This document shows positions 57,335 through 64,000 of a stretch of DNA of 64,000 nucleotides, piece after piece (the first letter of the stretch is position 1; every line of letters starts with the position of its first letter). Origin of the DNA: Gemmatimonadota bacterium (GTDB lineage: Bacteria > Gemmatimonadota > Gemmatimonadetes > Gemmatimonadales > GWC2-71-9). The stretch is from NCBI GenBank assembly GCA_039588295.1, contig JBDHAB010000008.1, positions 36,396 to 100,395 of the forward strand, in the 5' to 3' direction. Both the position numbers and the translations under genes were made by a program. A model generated the notes under the pieces. That model saw nothing but the letters and a program-made list of their open reading frames with translations, made no database searches and had not been told where the DNA came from.

Positions 57335-58048
57335 CTAGTCTTCCGGTTCCAGCACGCGCTCCACAACGACGCCGCGGTCGGGGATCGAGATCTTCATGAT
57401 CCGACCGCGCTCGTCGTACCACAGGTCACGGGTGTCGCGCTCCGAGGTGAGCCGCACGTGGGTGAGCTGGCGGCTGTCTCCCGCCATCGGGGTCTGATCC
57501 ACGCCGAGATGCTCAATGCGCGTCACGGGTCCGCGTGTCCCGTCCACCGAGATATGTCTGGCGCTCCCGGCGCGGGGCAGCAGGGCGTGCAGGGCAAACA
57601 CCGAGTCGCTCACCAGGTGCTGGCGCCCGCGAACCGGATACTCGCGGGCGGACTCCCCCTGGGGTGTCGCTCGGCGGACCGTCATCCGGCGTGGACCCAG
57701 GGCGAGGAAGACTCGGCGCTGATCGCCGTTTCCGCCCTCGAAGCGGGCCGTCATCGGCTGGGAATCGGGGCCGAACTCCAGAATGACGGTGAGGGCGCGC
57801 TCCGGGCGGTCGGCGGGATACCACGCGGTGGTACGAAGGGTGTAGCGGCCGATTCCCCCGGCGCTCCCCCCGCTGCGGAGCACGAACTCCTCCCGGCCAA
57901 GGATGTCCGAGCCTCGCCGCACGAGGAACACCCCGCGGTCCAGCTCACGCTGTTGCGCGGGCAGGGTGGCTGGCAGCATCGCGCAAGCGACGAGCAGGGG
58001 CGGCACGAAGCGGGCACGGCTCCGGAATCCACGTAGTTGAGAAGTCAT
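57335..58048 (-). CDS. Secreted hypothetical beta-rich protein
   Basis: Signal peptide (LPATLPAQQ); GREEF, LWYDERGRIMKI; ATGA overlap. Confidence 0.7.
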   Translation of the reverse strand: MTSQLRGFRSRARFVPPLLVACAMLPATLPAQQRELDRGVFLVRRGSDILGREEFVLRSGGSAGGIGRYTLRTTAWYPADRPERALTVILEFGPDSQPMTARFEGGNGDQRRVFLALGPRRMTVRRATPQGESAREYPVRGRQHLVSDSVFALHALLPRAGSARHISVDGTRGPVTRIEHLGVDQTPMAGDSRQLTHVRLTSERDTRDLWYDERGRIMKISIPDRGVVVERVLEPED

Positions 58049-58779
58049 GACCTTCCAAAGATACGTGTGGCGACCCGCTCGTAGATGTGGTCGTAAAGCT
58101 GCTCGCCCTTTTCGGCCGAGGCGATGGTTGGACGCCCGAGCGATCCTGGGCTGCCCTTGGGTATGGCTCCGCGGCTACCGCGGTGATACCGTCGGGAGGC
58201 GGCCTTGGAGACGTCGAAATCCCGCGCTCGGTCAAACTGGACGAGTTCGGCGTCCACGTACAGCAGCAGCGAGGTGTCCAATTCTCCTCCATGGACGGGC
58301 ACTTCCGGTGCCCCGTACTCCCGAGGACGGGGTACGGAGAAGATGTCCACGGTGCGGACGCGGGCTTCCTTTGTCCGCAACGTGCTGAGCGCTTCCTGAT
58401 GCGGATCGGGGCCGTGCGCGGTGAGGATCACGAACTCGTCGACGCCTCCCGACTCCCATTCGCCTACCAAATCGTTCATCAGGCGATGCAGCGTTTTCGA
58501 TCGCAACGACGCGCTCCCGGCGAATCGGGTGACGGTTGGCGCGTTCACGCCATATTCTATGGTGGGAGCGCGCAGGACCTGGAACTCGGCCGAAAGATCG
58601 TCGGCCAGCCGTTCCACGAGGATCGTGTCGCATCCCAACGGGAGATGGGGACCATGTTGCTCGGTGGTGCCGACGGGGACGATGAGTCGTGAATCGCGCT
58701 CCAAATGGACGCGCACCTCTTCGGGAGTGAGGAACTTGAGGAGCAGGGGTCGTCGATGACCCGCGGCCGAATCGCTCAT
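58045..58779 (-). CDS. Creatininase-family protein
   Basis: PVGTTEQHGPHLPLGCD, YGVN, AHG, HGGELDTS, GSLGRP..ASAEKG. Confidence 0.85.
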   Translation of the reverse strand: MSDSAAGHRRPLLLKFLTPEEVRVHLERDSRLIVPVGTTEQHGPHLPLGCDTILVERLADDLSAEFQVLRAPTIEYGVNAPTVTRFAGSASLRSKTLHRLMNDLVGEWESGGVDEFVILTAHGPDPHQEALSTLRTKEARVRTVDIFSVPRPREYGAPEVPVHGGELDTSLLLYVDAELVQFDRARDFDVSKAASRRYHRGSRGAIPKGSPGSLGRPTIASAEKGEQLYDHIYERVATRIFGRS

Positions 58780-61700
58780 TGGGAACTCGCACTGCTCGCC
58801 GAGGCGGCCGTGGTGGGCCTCTGGCTGAGGGAGCCGCTGCTGGGGACGGCACTCGTTGCTGCCGCGTGCGCCCTGGCCGTGGCCGCGACGGCCGGTCCCG
58901 TGCACCGGGTCGGCACGCTGGTGACCGGGGCGGTGGCGGTGGCTGCCGCCCTCGGGACCCTGATGACCTCATTGGGCACCCGCGCAATCGAGCGGAACTG
59001 GCCGGAGGTGCGGGAATCGATCATCGAGACCGCGAGCACGAGGCTGAACCGCACGCTCGGGGATGCCGTGGACCTGGCCCGCGAGTTGGCCGTCCGTGGG
59101 TCGGAGCAGGCCGGTGCCTCGCCGACCGAGGCCATGCGTGGCCTCCAGCAGCTGATTCGAGACGACGAGCCCGAGCACGGCGTCGTGATCTTCGACGAAA
59201 CGGGTCGGCCGCGCAGCTGGGCAGGACGACATCGGCTTCCCGCTGAGCCCCGGACCGCAGAGCTGTCCACACGCATCACCCCATTCTACGCAGTGATGGA
59301 GGCGAGTCGCCAGGTCGGGGGCCGTAGCGTGATCGGTCACGTGGTGCTCGCGGCCGACAGCGCTGTTCCCGATCGTGACGGTACGGTCGCCGCGCAGTTC
59401 ACCCGTGAGACCGGCTCCAGCCTCGAGTTCTTCGCACCCGGCGCTGCTCCGCTCGGCTCCGATGTCTTCGACTATTGTCTCCCCTCCTGCCTGGCCGCAC
59501 CGGGTGAACCGACCCCGGATACGTTGTTTTCCGTGCGCGCGGTGCCACCCTCGCAGGGATCCCGTAAGCTGGACGAGCTAGCGCGCGGCGGACGCTGGGT
59601 CGCCGTACTCGTCGCGGCGATGCTGGTCCTGCTCATCGCGGCTGGCGGTCGAACTGGACGCTGGGCAGGGGCGCTGGGAACGGTGGTGTTGTTGGTCTAC
59701 ACGCCAACCGGCGAGCGGATCGGGCTGGAACCGCTGTTTTCCTCGGCCGTCTACTTCTACGGAGGCTTGGGACCGCTCTCGGCGTCGGCGGGGGGATTGC
59801 TCCTGCTTGGTGGGATCGCCGTCGTCGCGTTTCTCCAGCTGCGGGAGCGTGTGCGATGGCCGTTCGGTGTCGGCGCGTTGGTCGCCCTGCTGCTGGTGGT
59901 GGCCGCGCCGTACGTGATGTGGAAACTCGGGACGGGCATCACCCCCCCCTCGGGCGAGATTGGCATCGCGGTCTGGCTGAGTTGGCAGGTGATGCTGGCG
60001 GTGGTGGGCGCAGCCGTGGGGCTCGCCGCGGCTCTCGCCTTGGGGCGGACTCCATGGCGATTGCCGGACTGGTCGGGTTGGGCGGCGGTCGCGGCGGCAC
60101 TGGCCCTCTCGCTGATAGGGCTCTTCACTTGGAGGCCGGCTGGGGACTGGCCGGCATGGTATGGCGCGCTGTGGGTGCCGACGCTGTGGCTTGCGATCCA
60201 GCCTCGAGGACGCGCCCGGCTGCTGATTGGCATCGCCATCGTGGCGGGAAGTGCGGCCGCGCTCTTGACCTGGGGCGAGGTGCTGCATGGGCGTCTCCTA
60301 TTTGCCGAGCGAGATGCCCGGCGGTTGAGCGGCGGCGATCCCGTGGCCATCGCCTCCTTGGAGCGGTTCGGCTCGCTGCTCGCCGAGCAACCGCCCCCGC
60401 GCGACGCCGCCACCCTCTACGTGCGCTGGCGCCGCTCGCCGCTCAGCCAGGAGGACTATCCCGGCGTGCTCGCCGCATGGGATCCGGAGGGCCGACGGCT
60501 CGCCGTCCTCGAGCTGGCGCAGCTCGATCTTCGTCCGCCATTGTTTGCCGCCCTCGCGAGCGCCGCCCGTGAGACGGGAGAATCCGTGGTGCGCATCGTC
60601 GAATTGGAGCCGGGTGTCCACTACGTCGCCGCGGTGCCGTTTCCCGACGGGACCGTCGTGACCGTCGGTGTCGCGCCGAAGTCGCAGCTGATCAGACCCG
60701 TGCTCGTGGGCCGGTTTCTCCGTGGCGAGCGTCGCTTGCTGGCCCCATACCGGATGTTTCTCGGGGAACCCGTGCTCGGGCGAAGCGCGCCCAACGGACT
60801 CCAATGGCGTCGGGATCGGTGGGTCATTCGGGGGACCCAACCACTGGATCTTCCACGGGGTGTGCGTCACCTTCACGCGCTCGTCGAGCTGCACAACCTG
60901 CCGTCCACGCTCGTCCGGGGAATGCTGCTGTTGATCCTCGACATGATGGTGCTGGCGCTCCTCGGGTTGGCCGGCGATGCCGTGGCCGGGAGACTCAAAG
61001 TTCCGAAGGGGCTGCCGGCTGCGCTGCGGCTACAGTCCTACCGGGTGCGACTCGCCATTGCACTGGCCGGGTTCTTCGTAATCCCAACCCTTGGATTTGC
61101 AGCGTGGTCGATCGGTCGGTTGCGAACGGAGGCGGTTCGCGGCGGCGACCTGCTCATCCAGCAGACGCTCGGCGATGCATCGAGACCGGCCGGCGACTTC
61201 GTCCGGCTCGCCCCCAATCAGTTGAGCGAGCGCCTGGACGACCTTGCCGACGGGCTCGGTGCAGACCTCCTCTGGTACGAGCGGGGTGTGCTCGGGGCGA
61301 CCAGTACGCGGGTGCTGTCGCAGATGGGTCTCCTCGGGGCCTACCTCCCGCCGGACGTGTTCTTTGCACTCCTGGTCGACGATGATGTCGAAACGACCGC
61401 CGACGCCATGATCGGGGGCCAGCTGACCCGTGTAGGCTATCGGGCACTAGGACAGGCTCGCGGTGCGTCGCCCGTGATCGCGGTCCCGCGTCTCGTTGAC
61501 GTGACCGGACTCGAGCGGGAACGCCAGGATTTGGCATACGGCCTTCTGTTGGCGACGCTCTTGGGTTTCGGCGCGGCAGTGAGCCTTGCCGCGCTCGCGG
61601 CCCGCTCGCTTTCCAAGCCGGTACAATCGCTCCGGGCGGCGGCGGTCGCGGTGGGGCGGGGCGCGCAACTTCCGGCATTCGATCCGGGCATTCCTGCGGA

Positions 61701-62784
61701 GTTTGTGTCCGTTGTGGACGCTTTCGAGCGTATGGCGCACGATGTCGAGGCGAGCCAGGCGGCCCTCGAGGCGGCCCGGCGCCGTACCGTGGCCGTGTTG
61801 AGCAACGTGGCAACCGGGGTGGTCGCCCTCGACCGATCGATGCGGGTGACCATCGCGAATCCTCGTGCCGAGGAGTTGTTGGACTGGACGTTGATCCCCG
61901 GGTCGGCGGTGGACGAACTCAGCGGTCCGGATTGGCAGCCGGTGTGGAGTTGGGTCGAGCAGTTTTTGCACCGCGGTGCGGACGAGGCCGAGCACGAGTT
62001 CGGGGTCGGCGGGCGTCGGATTCGGGTCCAGGTCGCGTCCCTCCATGCGGACCCGCCCGGCTGTGTCGTCGCGTTGGACGATACGACGGAGCTCACACGT
62101 GCCGTGAGGGTCCTGGCGTGGGGTGAGATCGCTCGTCAGGTGGCGCACGAAATCAAGAACCCACTGACACCGATTCGGCTGGGCATCCAGCATCTCCAGC
62201 GAGCACGCCGGCACGGGCGCGCCGACTTTGACGCGACGCTGGAGCAGACGGGTCAGCAGATTCTGGCCGAGATCGAGCGACTCGATGCGATCGCGCGGGC
62301 GTTCGCCCGTTTCGGTGCACCACCGGAGGAAGCCGTTCCCGCGACCACCTCCGACGTTGCCGCGATCGCGCGCGATGCCGCTGCGCTCTACAGCCTCGGA
62401 TCGGGCACGTCGGTCAGCGTTGCCGCCGATGGTCCCGTGCAGGCGCTGGTGCGAAAGGACGAGGTCAAAGAGGTGCTCATCAACCTGGTCGAGAATGCGC
62501 GCGATGCTGGAGCCTCGCGCGTGGACATCTCGGTGGAGCACGACGGACGCGGGGGTGTCACGGTCGACGTTCGGGACAACGGACGGGGTATCTCGGAGGA
62601 GGATCTGACGCAGATCTTCGAGCCGCATTTCTCGACCACGACCAGCGGCACGGGTCTTGGGCTCGCGATCTGCAAGCGACTGGTGGAGTCGTGGGGCGGC
62701 GGGATCTCGGTCACGAGCGACGTGGGGCAGGGCACCACCGTGCAGATCCAGCTGAGCGTTCCGCGCGAAGGGCAGAGTGCCTGA
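58756..62784 (+). CDS. Large multi-TM HAMP/PAS sensor histidine kinase (NtrY-like core)
   Basis: AHEIKNPLTPI, NLVENA, DNGRG, IFEPHFST, GTGLGL; many TMs; start uncertain. Confidence 0.9.
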   Translation: MTRGRIAHWELALLAEAAVVGLWLREPLLGTALVAAACALAVAATAGPVHRVGTLVTGAVAVAAALGTLMTSLGTRAIERNWPEVRESIIETASTRLNRTLGDAVDLARELAVRGSEQAGASPTEAMRGLQQLIRDDEPEHGVVIFDETGRPRSWAGRHRLPAEPRTAELSTRITPFYAVMEASRQVGGRSVIGHVVLAADSAVPDRDGTVAAQFTRETGSSLEFFAPGAAPLGSDVFDYCLPSCLAAPGEPTPDTLFSVRAVPPSQGSRKLDELARGGRWVAVLVAAMLVLLIAAGGRTGRWAGALGTVVLLVYTPTGERIGLEPLFSSAVYFYGGLGPLSASAGGLLLLGGIAVVAFLQLRERVRWPFGVGALVALLLVVAAPYVMWKLGTGITPPSGEIGIAVWLSWQVMLAVVGAAVGLAAALALGRTPWRLPDWSGWAAVAAALALSLIGLFTWRPAGDWPAWYGALWVPTLWLAIQPRGRARLLIGIAIVAGSAAALLTWGEVLHGRLLFAERDARRLSGGDPVAIASLERFGSLLAEQPPPRDAATLYVRWRRSPLSQEDYPGVLAAWDPEGRRLAVLELAQLDLRPPLFAALASAARETGESVVRIVELEPGVHYVAAVPFPDGTVVTVGVAPKSQLIRPVLVGRFLRGERRLLAPYRMFLGEPVLGRSAPNGLQWRRDRWVIRGTQPLDLPRGVRHLHALVELHNLPSTLVRGMLLLILDMMVLALLGLAGDAVAGRLKVPKGLPAALRLQSYRVRLAIALAGFFVIPTLGFAAWSIGRLRTEAVRGGDLLIQQTLGDASRPAGDFVRLAPNQLSERLDDLADGLGADLLWYERGVLGATSTRVLSQMGLLGAYLPPDVFFALLVDDDVETTADAMIGGQLTRVGYRALGQARGASPVIAVPRLVDVTGLERERQDLAYGLLLATLLGFGAAVSLAALAARSLSKPVQSLRAAAVAVGRGAQLPAFDPGIPAEFVSVVDAFERMAHDVEASQAALEAARRRTVAVLSNVATGVVALDRSMRVTIANPRAEELLDWTLIPGSAVDELSGPDWQPVWSWVEQFLHRGADEAEHEFGVGGRRIRVQVASLHADPPGCVVALDDTTELTRAVRVLAWGEIARQVAHEIKNPLTPIRLGIQHLQRARRHGRADFDATLEQTGQQILAEIERLDAIARAFARFGAPPEEAVPATTSDVAAIARDAAALYSLGSGTSVSVAADGPVQALVRKDEVKEVLINLVENARDAGASRVDISVEHDGRGGVTVDVRDNGRGISEEDLTQIFEPHFSTTTSGTGLGLAICKRLVESWGGGISVTSDVGQGTTVQIQLSVPREGQSA

Positions 62785-62807
62785 GCGGGTCTTGTTGTTG
62801 ACCGAGC

Positions 62808-62836
62808 GGAACTTTTTGTTTGGTTTGGAATTCAAA
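62808..62836 (+). promoter_or_regulatory. SigmaE-like ECF promoter of msrPQ
   Basis: GGAACTT-N17-TCAAA in an AT-rich spacer. Confidence 0.6.
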
Positions 62837-62866
62837 CTCTGATAGTCCGATTCACGGGGTCCAGAG

Positions 62867-63799
62867 ATGCTCATCAGGCGAGCCGGTGACATTCGCGCTT
62901 CAGAAATCACGGACGAGTCGCTGTACTGGAGTCGACGCCAGTTCATTTCCACCTCGGCGGCCGCCGGATTGGCCGTGGCGGCGGGTGCCGCCTTTCCGGG
63001 GCTAGCGGCAGGACCGGGGCTGCTGCGACCGGGTGGGGAGCGGCAGGACGAGATCACACCGCTCCGCGACGTCATCGGCTACAACAACTTCTACGAGTTC
63101 GGGACGGGCAAGGACGACCCGGCCAAGAACGCGCACTCGCTGCGAACCCGTCCGTGGACCGTCGAGGTCGAGGGCGAGGTACACAAGCCGCGCACGTTCG
63201 GAATCGAAGATCTGTGGCAGCAGTTCGAGCTGGAGGAGCGCGTGTACCGCCTGCGGTGTGTGGAGGCGTGGTCCATGGTGATTCCGTGGCTCGGCCTTCC
63301 CCTCCGGAATCTCCTGAATGCCGTCGAGCCAACGTCGCACGCCAGGTTCGTCGAGTTCACGACGCTCTACGATCCGGAGCAGATGCCGGGACAACGACGT
63401 GCGATCCTGCCGTGGCCCTACGTTGAAGGCCTCCGGTTGGACGAGGCGATGCATCCGCTCACGCTCCTGGCGGTGGGGATCTTCGGTCGGGCCCTTCCCA
63501 ACCAGAACGGCGCGCCGGTTCGGTTGGTCGTGCCGTGGAAGTACGGGTTCAAGAGCATCAAGTCGATCGTGCGAATTCGCCTGCTGCGTGAGCAGCCGGC
63601 GGCCACGTGGAACATGTCCGCGCCACGCGAGTACGGCTTCTACGCCAACGTGAATCCCACGGTGGACCACCCGCGCTGGAGCCAGGCCCGCGAGCGTCGG
63701 ATTGGTGAGCTCCGCAAACGGCCCACACTGATGTTCAATGGCTACGCGGACGAGGTCGCGTCCCTCTACTCCGGCATGGACCTCGAACGCAACTACTGA
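62867..63799 (+). CDS. msrP: Periplasmic methionine sulfoxide reductase catalytic subunit
   Basis: SEIT, Tat [41 protein letters not shown]. Confidence 0.96.
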   Translation: MLIRRAGDIRASEITDESLYWSRRQFISTSAAAGLAVAAGAAFPGLAAGPGLLRPGGERQDEITPLRDVIGYNNFYEFGTGKDDPAKNAHSLRTRPWTVEVEGEVHKPRTFGIEDLWQQFELEERVYRLRCVEAWSMVIPWLGLPLRNLLNAVEPTSHARFVEFTTLYDPEQMPGQRRAILPWPYVEGLRLDEAMHPLTLLAVGIFGRALPNQNGAPVRLVVPWKYGFKSIKSIVRIRLLREQPAATWNMSAPREYGFYANVNPTVDHPRWSQARERRIGELRKRPTLMFNGYADEVASLYSGMDLERNY

Positions 63800-63806
63800 G
63801 CGCTCG

Positions 63807-64000
63807 GTGACCTCGACCGAATGGGTGCGGCGGGTCGTCAAGCCCGCCGCCTTCGTCGCAGCACTCGTGCCCGCGCTGGTGTTGGCGCGCGACGCAGCAG
63901 TCGGTGCGCTGGGGGCAAACCCGGTCGAGACGGTGACGCACCGGACCGGATTGACGGCGCTCACGCTGCTGGTGGCCTCGCTCTCGGTTACGCCGGCGCG
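63807..64000 (+). CDS. msrQ: MsrQ heme-binding subunit, N-terminal part (runs off window)
   Basis: Not in ORF track. Manual translation: ..VKPAAFVAALVP..LGANPVETVTHRTG..SLSVTP. Confidence 0.88.
   Translation, partial: MTSTEWVRRVVKPAAFVAALVPALVLARDAAVGALGANPVETVTHRTGLTALTLLVASLSVTPA

Noticed and set aside
1..64000. CRISPR arrays, IS/integrases, rRNA, defence systems
   Set aside because: None seen; repeated sequence is limited to permease paralogy.

Overview
GC-rich bacterial chromosomal window. Gene content and style suggest Gemmatimonadota; this is an inference, not a database result. About 60 CDSs, one SRP RNA and two pseudogenes; no rRNA, tRNA, CRISPR or mobile element seen. Left to right: partial ggt, murQ-anmK; a Ser/Thr phospho-signalling island (FHA-protease, PP2C, kinase, double-FHA, then divergently a GWxTD-like protein and a kinase with a TonB-C-like tail); a gamma-carbonic-anhydrase remnant; class II RNR; ispG; lipoprotein plus TonB-dependent receptor; cobB-pyk-MBL; ytxH-yihY-ltaE-trkAH; ffs-dnaX-ybaB-recR-orf-mglB-mglA-pgsA-cinA; grpE-dnaJ; two lipoproteins; a broken HDAC; yjbQ; holin-family protein; osmoprotectant ABC; OsmC and hydrolase; mnmA-desulfurase-bshB1; a TolC/MFP/ATPase exporter with four MacB-type permeases; creatininase-like gene; a giant orphan histidine kinase; msrPQ. 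Best candidate for an undescribed system is the trans-envelope kinase island at 2485-12278. All calls rest on recognised motifs; no searches were run.
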